DNA from: Bdellovibrionota bacterium FG-2
GTDB taxonomy: Bacteria > Bdellovibrionota > UBA1018
Reading direction: 5' to 3'
Assembly: GCA_051382305.1 (NCBI GenBank)
Contig: JBBCAV010000165.1
Location: forward strand, 1-20,563
Length of the DNA: 20,563 nucleotides
In this document: in pieces, positions 1-8,370 of the stretch
Numbering within the stretch: the stretch's first letter is position 1
Layout: every line of letters starts with the position of its first letter
The notes under the pieces: generated by a model
What the model was told of the DNA's origin: nothing
What the model saw: only the letters and a program-made list of their open reading frames with translations
The model's database searches: none
Program-made: the position numbers and the translations under genes

Positions 1-682
1 GTGGCTTCACTGCATTTCCAATGAAAAGGTGACCTTGTTTCATCCCGACGAAAAACGCGGACAAGAAGCGATGGATCGCATGGGGATTCTGCCTCACTTC
101 AAGGGCATTCTCACGCATGACCATTGGAAGCCCTACTTTAGATACAAATGTCTTCACGCTCTTTGTAATGCGCACCATATCCGGGAGTTGGAGGCGGCTA
201 TCGAGTTTGATCAGCAGAAATGGGCCAAAAAGATGCAAGACCTTCTGATCGAGATGAGTGAGGCCGTCGAGAAAGCCGGTGGGTCAATCTCCAAAAAACG
301 AGCAGATCGATTCCGGAAGCACTATCGCAAAGTTCTTCGGGCCGCAGACCAGGAGTGCCCGCACAATCTGAGTTCGCGGGCACAATCGAAATCAAGAAAC
401 CTCCTTGAGCGTCTCCGTGATTTTGAAATTGAGACGCTGCGGTTTCTCGAAGACAAGAACGTTCCGTTTACAAATAATCGTGGAGAGAATGATCTGCGGA
501 TGACCAAGGTGCAGCAGAAGATCTCCGGCTGCTTCCGATCCATGGAAGGTGCTAAGATCTTTTGCCGAATTAGAAGCTACATTTTAACCTGTAGAAAAAA
601 CGGCGTCGGCCCCACTGAAGCGTTGAAACTGCTTTTTGACGGGGAACTGCCCAATTTTATGAAATAGGGGCTGACCAGTTAC
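1..682 (+). mobile_element. IS66-family insertion sequence, right end at ~682
   Basis: The transposase stop is followed by GGGCTGACCAGTTAC. Its reverse complement begins GTAA, the IS66 terminal signature. The left end and TSD cannot be checked in this window. Confidence 0.8.
2..667 (+). CDS. IS66-family transposase, C-terminal part (5' truncated by window edge)
   Basis: Frame is open from base 2 (WLHCISNEKVTLFHPDEKRG...). Motifs GILTHDHWKPY, HALCNAHHIREL and VPFTNNRGENDLRMTKVQQKISGCFRS are typical of IS66 DDE transposases. Confidence 0.93.
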   Translation, partial: WLHCISNEKVTLFHPDEKRGQEAMDRMGILPHFKGILTHDHWKPYFRYKCLHALCNAHHIRELEAAIEFDQQKWAKKMQDLLIEMSEAVEKAGGSISKKRADRFRKHYRKVLRAADQECPHNLSSRAQSKSRNLLERLRDFEIETLRFLEDKNVPFTNNRGENDLRMTKVQQKISGCFRSMEGAKIFCRIRSYILTCRKNGVGPTEALKLLFDGELPNFMK

Positions 683-776
683 GAGAAACTTAGTGCGCAA
701 TTTCATGAAGCAACTCTCCCGGTAAGTCTAATTGTACCCCCGGGAGGACAAAAAGAGATGAAGATCTCTCGTTTTT

Positions 777-3329
777 TTAGGACTTTGAAAGGCGTTCAGA
801 CTTCCCAAAGGTGCTTAAGGAATCCCGCTTACCTGAGCGCAACACTCGTGGAGTTTTACGCTGGCCCAAGGGGGGACGAATACCCCCCTCAAGAGCCAAA
901 GCAAAGACCTCTTCGACATGATCGACAAATCTAAGCGTCAAACCTCGGATGGCATATGCGGGGATCTCATGAAAATCCTTCTCGTTGAGCTTAGGCAAGA
1001 TCACTTCCGTAATCCCCGCTCGCTTCGCAGCCAGGATTTTCTCTTTGATTCCACCCACAGGCAAAACCTTGCCCGTCAACGAGAGTTCTCCGGTCATCGC
1101 AAGCCGATGTTTAAATTTTCGGCCCGAGAGCATCGAATACAAAACCGTGGCCATCGTAATGCCAGCCGAAGGGCCATCTTTAGGAATCGCCCCTGCGGGG
1201 ATATGAAGGTGAATATCGTACATCTTGAAAAAGCTGCGTTCAATCTTAAACTCAGGTACTGCTTTTTTCTTTACGTAACTCCAAGCAATCGCCGCACTCT
1301 CGGCCATCACTTCGCCCATCTGACCCGTGAGCTTGAGATTGCCAGAGCCTGGAACATCGACGGCTTCTAGAAAAAGAATATCACCGCCCATTGAGGTCCA
1401 TGCGAGCCCAATCCCCACACCCGGGCCTTTGATTCGCTCAGAGACGTCATTATAAAAACGCTTGGGTCCCAGCCATTCGACCAAGCCTGCTTCACTCACG
1501 ATGATCGCGGTGGGCTTTTGCGCTTTGGCTTTCGTGCGTGGGGGCTTCACAGGCACCGCATCGCGCGCAACAATTTGCGCCGCCGCTTTGCGCGCAATTC
1601 GCGCCATCAGCTGCTGAAGCGTCCGCAAGCCGGGTTCACGGGCATAATCCGTCATCATTTTCCGTAAAGCGCCACGCTCGATCTTGAGTTGCGAACCCTT
1701 CAGACCGTGCGCTTCAAGTTCTCTGGGGATCGTGTATCGAAGCGCGATACGCTCCTTTTCTTCGAGCGTATAGCCGGGCAATTCAATCACTTCCATACGA
1801 TCCAAAAGCGGGGCAGGAATAGTCGCGACCGAATTTGCCGTCGTAATAAACAACACCTTCGAAAGATCAAAGGGCACGTCCATATAATGATCCACAAACG
1901 CCACATTTTGCTCAGGATCCAAGACTTCCAAGAGCGCACTGGCCGGGTCCCCTTGATAGCTCTGGCCGAGCTTGTCGATTTCATCGAGCATGAGAACAGC
2001 GTTCTTAGTCCCCGTGCGCTTTAATCCTTGAATCACTTTACCAGGGAGAGAGCCCACATAGGTGCGACGATGACCCTTGATTTCCGCTTCGTCACGCATT
2101 CCCCCTAAAGAAAAGCGATAAAAAGACCGCCCCATAGTTTTGGCAATCGATTTGCCAACTGAGGTTTTACCCACGCCAGGAGGTCCGACCAAACAGATGA
2201 TCGAACCCTTCGGATCAGATTTCAATTTTCGGACTGCAAGAAACTCAATAATGCGATCTTTAACCTTCTCGAGGCCATAATGCTCATCATCCAAAATTCC
2301 GCGCGCGTGCGTGAGGTCGAGATTATCTGTCGATTCTTTGCTCCATGGGAGCGAGCAAAGCGTTTCAAGGTAAGTGCGCGAAACATTATATTCGGGCGAA
2401 TGCTCCGAAATCGACTCAAACTTTGAGACTTCCTCAAGCGCGATTTTCTTGACGTCTTCGGGCATTCCGACCGCTTCGATGCGCTCACGAAAAGTACGGG
2501 CGAATTTCTCTTTGCCGTCTTCTTCCATGCCTAATTCACGTTTAATGCTTTTGACCTGCTCTTTAAGGAAAAACTCGCGCTGCATTTTCCCCATCTTGCT
2601 GTTTACTTCATCGTTAATCTTGCGCTGAATGTCGGCCACATCTTGCTCTTTGCGCAAATGAATGAGCAGCTTTTCAAATCTTACCTTGGCAGAAAGGGTC
2701 TCAAGAAACTCCTGCGCTTCGGTCTTGGGTAATGAAAGTGCAAATGCGACAAGGTCGGCAACAGCGCCCGGGCCTGGGGCATTAATCATGGCTAAGCGCA
2801 TTTCGTCGGTGAAAAAAGGGTTCACTTCTGAAAGTTTTTTTACGTAACTAATGACCGAACGCGAGAGCGCGTCCATTTCTGTCGACTTCTCCGCAATGTC
2901 ATCCAGGTACTCGGTCTCCACCACGATATAGGGAGAGTCAGCCAAAACACGCCGAGCCTTAAAACGCTTCATGCTATGAACCAATAGATTCACCGAACCA
3001 TCTGGCATGCGTAAGCGCTTTACGATTTTGACCACCACGCCAAAGTCATAAAGTTCCTCTGGAGTGATCTTTTCATGAACTTCGCCGCTTCGAGTTAAAA
3101 CGAGACCGATGGTCCTTTGTCGATTAATGGCCTCCTCGATCATCGCCACAAAACGAGGTTGCGAAACAAGAAGGGGGGCCAAAAGAGTGGGGAAAACCAC
3201 CTGCCCGCTAACGGGCAACACGAAAAGATTCGGCGGAAGAATTTGGTCCCCCGGCACAAGATTCGATGCCTTTACAATGGGTTGCACCTCAATTGCAGCA
3301 TTAGCAGAAGGTATTTTTTCATCGGACAT
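777..3329 (-). CDS. lon: ATP-dependent Lon protease
   Basis: LON N-domain, Walker A GPPGVGKTS, GHRRTYVG, Walker B LMLDEIDK, catalytic PKDGPSAG and GGIKEK. AGGAG SD upstream. Confidence 0.98.
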   Translation of the reverse strand: MSDEKIPSANAAIEVQPIVKASNLVPGDQILPPNLFVLPVSGQVVFPTLLAPLLVSQPRFVAMIEEAINRQRTIGLVLTRSGEVHEKITPEELYDFGVVVKIVKRLRMPDGSVNLLVHSMKRFKARRVLADSPYIVVETEYLDDIAEKSTEMDALSRSVISYVKKLSEVNPFFTDEMRLAMINAPGPGAVADLVAFALSLPKTEAQEFLETLSAKVRFEKLLIHLRKEQDVADIQRKINDEVNSKMGKMQREFFLKEQVKSIKRELGMEEDGKEKFARTFRERIEAVGMPEDVKKIALEEVSKFESISEHSPEYNVSRTYLETLCSLPWSKESTDNLDLTHARGILDDEHYGLEKVKDRIIEFLAVRKLKSDPKGSIICLVGPPGVGKTSVGKSIAKTMGRSFYRFSLGGMRDEAEIKGHRRTYVGSLPGKVIQGLKRTGTKNAVLMLDEIDKLGQSYQGDPASALLEVLDPEQNVAFVDHYMDVPFDLSKVLFITTANSVATIPAPLLDRMEVIELPGYTLEEKERIALRYTIPRELEAHGLKGSQLKIERGALRKMMTDYAREPGLRTLQQLMARIARKAAAQIVARDAVPVKPPRTKAKAQKPTAIIVSEAGLVEWLGPKRFYNDVSERIKGPGVGIGLAWTSMGGDILFLEAVDVPGSGNLKLTGQMGEVMAESAAIAWSYVKKKAVPEFKIERSFFKMYDIHLHIPAGAIPKDGPSAGITMATVLYSMLSGRKFKHRLAMTGELSLTGKVLPVGGIKEKILAAKRAGITEVILPKLNEKDFHEIPAYAIRGLTLRFVDHVEEVFALALEGGIRPPLGQRKTPRVLRSGKRDSLSTFGKSERLSKS

Positions 3330-3350
3330 CGGGGGTTTACTCCTGCTAAC

Positions 3351-3379
3351 ATATTGGGCACCCGATGCCTTTTGGCAAG
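3351..3379 (-). promoter_or_regulatory. Putative sigma32-like heat-shock promoter for lon
   Basis: Minus strand CTTGCC-N15-CCCAATAT resembles the RpoH consensus CTTGAA-N13-15-CCCCATNT. lon is commonly RpoH-controlled. Confidence 0.4.
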
Positions 3380-3396
3380 CCTAAATAGGAAAAAAT

Positions 3397-3951
3397 TCAG
3401 GTACCTAGCGGCGATCCGGTCCCTGGACGAGTTTGGATGTCCATGATGATTCGAGCAGGTTTAGAGAGCTCAAAAACTTCAATCGGAGCTTCGCCCTTGG
3501 TTTCAAAAACAAAGGTCCAAGAATCTTCTTCCAGTTTTGGGAATAGCTCAACCGAGCGGACCACAGGACTTTTCTTAAACGCCGCAATGACTTTCCTCGC
3601 GTTGAATCCTAAACGAGGCTTTCCCCAAATCGAAAGCACAATGCGCCGTTCTTCGGGAGACACCGCAATCTGGTAATAAGGCGCACGCGCTATCGCCGCC
3701 GACTCCCCATTGAGCGTCCCCTCCAGATCAATCACAACTCGCTCATAGCCCGCATTCACAGCCCGCCGAATGTCCTTAACGAGCACCCCTTCAATGGCAC
3801 GATCGCCGCCCGTAAACATTCCGTCTTTAATGTAAGCTTCGGTTTTTTTGGCATCCGCAACATGCACTTTTTCAGCGCGAATCTCGGCAAAAGCGTGAGA
3901 ACAAAGCAGCAATACGGACAGGACCAGAATTCTCAAATAAGGGGTTGGCAT
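3397..3951 (-). CDS. Exported hypothetical protein (AMIN-like beta domain possible)
   Basis: Signal peptide MPTPYLRILVLSVLLLCSHAFA. YERVVIDL and LSKPARIIMDI resemble AMIN-like domains. Start at 3951 (or 3960) overlaps the upstream stop. Confidence 0.7.
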   Translation of the reverse strand: MPTPYLRILVLSVLLLCSHAFAEIRAEKVHVADAKKTEAYIKDGMFTGGDRAIEGVLVKDIRRAVNAGYERVVIDLEGTLNGESAAIARAPYYQIAVSPEERRIVLSIWGKPRLGFNARKVIAAFKKSPVVRSVELFPKLEEDSWTFVFETKGEAPIEVFELSKPARIIMDIQTRPGTGSPLGT

Positions 3952-5738
3952 ACCACCCATTTTAGCCGTCGTCTCGCCAACAAGCAACTCTGTATCAAAG
4001 GAATCAACGCCATCAAGACCCAAGGAGCAAACCAACTCGCAATCGCGGCCCCAGAAGCACCCCCTCCAGAACTGCCGCCACTTGAAGCAATCGCCACACT
4101 AGCACAGGTACCCGTTCCCTTCGTATCCGAGGAGGAATCCTCAGTCGCCGGCGCCCCGCTCGTGGCGACATAGGCCGCAAAGGTCTCATCTTGTCGGCAG
4201 CGGGCATTAAAAGGGATCGCTGCTTCCATAGTGGGAGCCGCTTCATTTACCGATCCCACGATCAAAACAAAGGGTGTGCTATCAATTTGGTAGGGTCCAG
4301 CAGGATACGCATCGATCGAGACAGAGTTCGTCATCACTTTGAGGGTGTAATCTCCCAAAGGCAAATGCTCAACCGTAAGCGAGACATCCAAGTTCATGTA
4401 CCCTGAATCTCCTTCGTAGATAGGAGATTTCTTGGTCGTTTTAACTTCTGCTCCTTGGGCATCAACCAGGGCCAGAACCGGTTGTACGGGAGAATACAGA
4501 CTGTAACTCAACGCACGGATCTCCACCGTTCCTGAAAGCGCCTTGAGGCGATACTGGGCAACGGAACCCCCATAATCCAAAGAGTCCGCGACAGCGAAGC
4601 CATGACTTCGAGAAGTCGCATCGAAGACTTCAGGTGCCGTTGAAGCAGTCCGTGCAGATGAAATTTCTGAAACGGCCGCGCCCCCATCTTTCGTACACTT
4701 GAACTCGAGGTCCGGAGCCGCCACACTTGCTCCCTCTGCTACGACAACTCTCTGAGGCAGGTTTGAAACCGAGTCCACCAAGAAAGTGCGGCTCAATTGG
4801 CCGCCCCCCTTACAACTGCGGCTCGTCATCGAACTATAATATGCCGACAACGCGCTCGCTCCTGCAAAAAAGGGCTCCACCATAAGCACGTAATCACCTG
4901 GCTCAAGCGCTTCGATTCGATAACGCCCCGACTTATCACTCATCGCGCTCGCAAGCACAACACCTCGGCGCCGTGAGATCGCAACCACATGCGCCCCAAA
5001 AACAACCGCGCCATTCTCATCCCTAGCTGTTCCCTCTATGGCTCCTCGTTGAGCGCTATCGCGTGCAGGATAGAGGGCGCGAATTCCGATTTGATCATCG
5101 CATCCCAAGTGCGATTGCTCGGGCGCTTCCATGAAAAGCATGGTCGATTGCAATCCCCCCGAATGCGAAAGGCCCATTGCATGGCCTAATTCGTGGGTTA
5201 TGACGTTCTCAATATAAACGCGATCTCTATAGGTCGCTCGTTCATTGCCGATGGTTCCGTAGCCCAGGGTGGCCTTGGCGTCGGTTGTGAAACGAAAATC
5301 TTTGTCGTTGAGCACAACGTCAGTTTCGAGAATTTCTCCGGTCTCCGTATTGTACCAAACCTGCGTCAATCCCAATACGCTTGGCGAAAGGCCGGTGTTT
5401 GCGCCGCCTGCGCTGGACGCAAAAAACAAGCTCGAGGTTCCGTTATAAGTGTTGTTGGAAAGATAGGTCTTGGGATCCGTTCCCTGCCAGTAATCAAAAC
5501 TCACGCGACTATCAGAAGCCGCTTTCCAGCGCTGTAAACTGCGGGTGACCGCTTGAGACACTTCAGCGTCACTCAAACCTGAAGTGTTCTTCGGATTGCC
5601 CACGAGCTTGAGAACGGGACCTGATTTCCATTTTACAGGAACCCCCGCACCGGTGAGGGTCGGAGTATAAGCCATCGCGGTTTCGGCCCAGAAAAGCCCA
5701 GAAAATAGGTACAAAAGTATCCAAAGCGTTCGTCCCAT
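3933..5738 (-). CDS. Secreted matrixin-like zinc metalloprotease with carboxypeptidase-regulatory-like domain and C-terminal membrane anchor
   Basis: Signal peptide; HELGHAMGLSH (HExxHxxGxxH) with downstream STM Met-turn; GAIEGTARDENG...GRYRIEALEPGDY beta-sandwich; Cys/Gly-rich linker, TM segment and RRR at the C-terminus. Confidence 0.88.
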   Translation of the reverse strand: MGRTLWILLYLFSGLFWAETAMAYTPTLTGAGVPVKWKSGPVLKLVGNPKNTSGLSDAEVSQAVTRSLQRWKAASDSRVSFDYWQGTDPKTYLSNNTYNGTSSLFFASSAGGANTGLSPSVLGLTQVWYNTETGEILETDVVLNDKDFRFTTDAKATLGYGTIGNERATYRDRVYIENVITHELGHAMGLSHSGGLQSTMLFMEAPEQSHLGCDDQIGIRALYPARDSAQRGAIEGTARDENGAVVFGAHVVAISRRRGVVLASAMSDKSGRYRIEALEPGDYVLMVEPFFAGASALSAYYSSMTSRSCKGGGQLSRTFLVDSVSNLPQRVVVAEGASVAAPDLEFKCTKDGGAAVSEISSARTASTAPEVFDATSRSHGFAVADSLDYGGSVAQYRLKALSGTVEIRALSYSLYSPVQPVLALVDAQGAEVKTTKKSPIYEGDSGYMNLDVSLTVEHLPLGDYTLKVMTNSVSIDAYPAGPYQIDSTPFVLIVGSVNEAAPTMEAAIPFNARCRQDETFAAYVATSGAPATEDSSSDTKGTGTCASVAIASSGGSSGGGASGAAIASWFAPWVLMALIPLIQSCLLARRRLKWVVCQPLI

Positions 5739-5814
5739 CCGTGAGACTCTCCCTTTGTGTTGTGAAGTCGATTTTTTTTAGTGTCTTCGCAGCGTTCTAA
5801 TTGAGCTTAGTAAT

Positions 5815-6624
5815 TTAGCTCAACTTAACGATGACGAGAACGACGACTCCAGCTGCACCTAATAATGCTAACCCAAGCCAGATTGGAAATCGCTCGGAAG
5901 GTTTTGCCGAGGAGGTCGTCCCCTCACCTACTTGAGTTTGCAATTGAGATGCCGCAGTGTCAGCGGATGACCCGGCGTTCAGTTCGGAGGTAGCGGAGGG
6001 CTTAACTGTGGGAGTTTGATCTGGATTTGGCGAAGGCCCCCCCGCTTCGACTTGAGCCGCTTGAGTTTTAATGAGGTTCCGAAGTGAGGTCAATGTCCAT
6101 TTTGTCACTGGCGCATTGCCACCGGGGTGCAAAAGATCTTCATGCCCCCGTAACTCAGGGCGAGTCAAGGAACTGACGCCCGCGCCCACCAAGTACTCGT
6201 TTCCTTCTTCGTCTTTTTGGAGATTGAATTTCCCCATCATCATATTGCGAAGGTCATACGAATTGTCCACATTGCGCTCCCCCAAGAAGGCCACAATGTC
6301 CTCGTCCTTGTTGAACTGCGCCGTACCGGAGACGTGCATCCCCACGCCGTCCTTTTCTCCCCCCAGTTCTCGCATCTGGACCGTGGTCGAACGTTCCACT
6401 TTGCCCTTAAAGCTTTCGTCAATAAACAGCTCATAATAGGTATAAATCCGCTTGGTTCCATCCTCACCCTTCACCCATTCGGTGGTCGTGGCTCCCACTT
6501 TTCCGCGCACCACATTCGGGGCATCTTGTACCGTCTCAGGAAAGGGGCGCTCAAGAAAGGTCGTCGCATGAACTTGAACAGACAAGAGGAGAAGGCTAAA
6601 CAAAGAGATCTTGAGGGCACGCAT
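5815..6624 (-). CDS. Secreted, C-terminally anchored hypothetical protein of the type found with matrixin-like proteases
   Basis: Signal peptide MRALKISLFSLLLLSVQVHA, Pro/Ser/Thr-rich linker and C-terminal TM helix. ATG at 6624 lies 6 nt downstream of a TACACT -10 box. Confidence 0.75.
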   Translation of the reverse strand: MRALKISLFSLLLLSVQVHATTFLERPFPETVQDAPNVVRGKVGATTTEWVKGEDGTKRIYTYYELFIDESFKGKVERSTTVQMRELGGEKDGVGMHVSGTAQFNKDEDIVAFLGERNVDNSYDLRNMMMGKFNLQKDEEGNEYLVGAGVSSLTRPELRGHEDLLHPGGNAPVTKWTLTSLRNLIKTQAAQVEAGGPSPNPDQTPTVKPSATSELNAGSSADTAASQLQTQVGEGTTSSAKPSERFPIWLGLALLGAAGVVVLVIVKLS

Positions 6625-6664
6625 TGATTGAGTGTAGCGCAAATAGCGAAATTTGAAACTAGGC

Positions 6665-6693
6665 TTGAAACTGAGTTTCAGCGGTGCTAGATT
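6665..6693 (+). promoter_or_regulatory. sigma70-type promoter of tRNA-Lys
   Basis: TTGAAA-N17-TAGATT with an extended -10 TG, 11 nt upstream of the tRNA. Confidence 0.6.
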
Positions 6694-6704
6694 CATTCAC
6701 ACGT

Positions 6705-6784
<80 letters not shown>

Positions 6785-6834
6785 ATTCATATGAATTCGC
6801 TGATTTAGATAACCCACCCTAAAACTCAAGATGA

Positions 6835-6856
6835 TTTGTGGCCATTTTTGTGGCCA
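6835..6856 (+). repeat. Tandem TTTGTGGCCA x2, putative integrase arm-type sites (left end)
   Basis: Copies at 6835-6844 and 6847-6856. The same doublet recurs at 19424-19444. Confidence 0.75.
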
Positions 6857-6877
6857 CGGAAACAGTGTTGGACTTGG

Positions 6878-6937
6878 TTCTGCGTGTTTTTCCAAAAATA
6901 CTGCAGAACAGAGTTAGCCTTGCTTGCCTCATAACAC
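6878..6937 (+). promoter_or_regulatory. Operator/promoter upstream of the integrase: TTCTGC-N19-GCAGAAC-N13-CTTGC-N3-ATA
   Basis: The same motif with identical spacing occurs at 8056-8111. Confidence 0.6.
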
Positions 6938-6942
6938 CCCCT

Positions 6943-8049
6943 ATGGCACGGCCAATTCGATTTCGCGACAAATGGAGAATCCGCTGGTTTGATGAGCACG
7001 GCGTCCGTCAGAGTGAGGTATACGCCCTTCGCCAAGACGCCCAATTTGCCCTACTTAGACACGAAGGAAGGGCTGAAGAGGTAAGACGGGGGCTACGCCC
7101 TGCCATGACACTCAACAAGACCTTTGCCGAGCTTTGCGACTACTATTTGGCCTATAAAAGCGTCCTAAAACGGCGCAAGCGCGACGATGAAAGCTTGATC
7201 CGGGTTCACCTGCGGCCGTTTTTTGGCTCCCTAAAACTTTCCGAAGTGTCAGACAAGGTGGACGAGTTCAAGTCCCTGCGAATCCACTATCACCCCTGCT
7301 CACTCAGCCACCAACTCACCCTCCTGATCTCCATGTTACGAGTCGCGCATGAAAGACGGTGGCTTTTGGAAATGCCACACATCAAAAAACCGCGAGTTCG
7401 AGTTTTTGATAAAGATTTTCATTACCTCAAGACTGACGATGAAATTCGGCGCTTTCTCTTTGCTGCGCAATCGGAAGGAGATGATGTATTCGCCCTTTAC
7501 GCGCTTGCTGTTTACACGGGATTACGCCCAGGAGAACAGGCCGGACTTAAGAAAGACGATATTCAATTGGAAAGCCGCAGGATCACCGTCCAAAACAGCT
7601 ATGAAGGTCCAACGAAAAATGGCGAAGTCCGATATGTTCCGGTTCTCGACCCCCTGCTTCCGATGCTGAGGAAATGGTTGCTTCAAAGCCCCGGCCCTTA
7701 CCTCTTCCCGACTAAAACAGGAACCATGCTTGAAGAAAAGGCGAGGATTTTCGACGAAACTTTCCGGCGTGTCTTAGAAAAAGCCAATTTTCAAAAGGGC
7801 GAAAAGCGCGGAAAAATGCGCAATTATATCCGCTATTACGATTTACGCCACACCTTTGCCTCGACTTGGATGAGAAACGGAGGGGATATTTTCAAACTCT
7901 CCAAGATTTTGGGCCACAAGTCGGTTCAGATGACCATGAGGTACGCACATTTGGCACCGGATGCGTATTCAAGTGATTATGGTCGCCTCGGCACCTGTGC
8001 ACCAAGCGGTGAGCTTGCGCCCGTTCTTTCGATCCAATCTCACGCGTAA
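6943..8049 (+). CDS. int: Tyrosine recombinase / phage integrase
   Basis: N-terminal arm-binding-like KWRIRWFDEHG; catalytic TGLRPGE, PTKNG, YDLRHTFAS, LGH, TMRYAH; adjacent to attL. Start placed at ATG 6943 rather than GTG 6838, which lies in the arm repeats. Confidence 0.95.
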   Translation: MARPIRFRDKWRIRWFDEHGVRQSEVYALRQDAQFALLRHEGRAEEVRRGLRPAMTLNKTFAELCDYYLAYKSVLKRRKRDDESLIRVHLRPFFGSLKLSEVSDKVDEFKSLRIHYHPCSLSHQLTLLISMLRVAHERRWLLEMPHIKKPRVRVFDKDFHYLKTDDEIRRFLFAAQSEGDDVFALYALAVYTGLRPGEQAGLKKDDIQLESRRITVQNSYEGPTKNGEVRYVPVLDPLLPMLRKWLLQSPGPYLFPTKTGTMLEEKARIFDETFRRVLEKANFQKGEKRGKMRNYIRYYDLRHTFASTWMRNGGDIFKLSKILGHKSVQMTMRYAHLAPDAYSSDYGRLGTCAPSGELAPVLSIQSHA

Positions 8050-8055
8050 ATATTC

Positions 8056-8115
8056 TTCTGCAGATTTTTGATTTTTCTTTGCAGAACGCTCCGGCTCGGA
8101 CTTGCGCGATACATT
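8056..8115 (+). promoter_or_regulatory. Operator/promoter upstream of the xis-primase operon
   Basis: TTCTGC-N19-GCAGAAC-N13-CTTGC-N3-ATA, with a -10-like TACATT at 8110-8115. Confidence 0.6.
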
Positions 8116-8151
8116 CCTTCCACAAGGGCATTGCCCAGAAAGAAGGTATCA

Positions 8152-8370
8152 ATGGAAAATACAGAACACGTTGGTTACTCCGGCGCTGCAAAAATCACCG
8201 GAATGCCTGTTGGCACGATTTACGCGAAAGTCTCCCGCAAAGAAATTCCTCATTTCAGACTTGGGGGGAGGCATGTGCTTTTTTCTGTCGCTGAACTTCA
8301 TGCCTGGCTTGAAGGACATCGTGTCACGACGATCACCGAGATTACGAAGCAAGGGGGCTCACATGATTAG
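8152..8370 (+). CDS. Excisionase-like / AlpA-like helix-turn-helix protein
   Basis: 72 aa; AAKITGMPVGTIYAKVSRKEIPHFRLGGRHVLFSVAELHAWL fits the winged-HTH excisionase pattern. GAAGG SD; the stop overlaps the primase start (ATGATTAG). Confidence 0.88.
   Translation: MENTEHVGYSGAAKITGMPVGTIYAKVSRKEIPHFRLGGRHVLFSVAELHAWLEGHRVTTITEITKQGGSHD

Noticed and set aside
6838-6942. Longer integrase start at GTG 6838
   Set aside because: It runs through the arm repeats and operator dyad; the integrase-like sequence starts at ATG 6943.
8102-8362. N-terminal extension of the 845-aa primase ORF
   Set aside because: It overlaps the xis-like gene in another frame. Prim-Pol similarity and an SD begin at ATG 8363.
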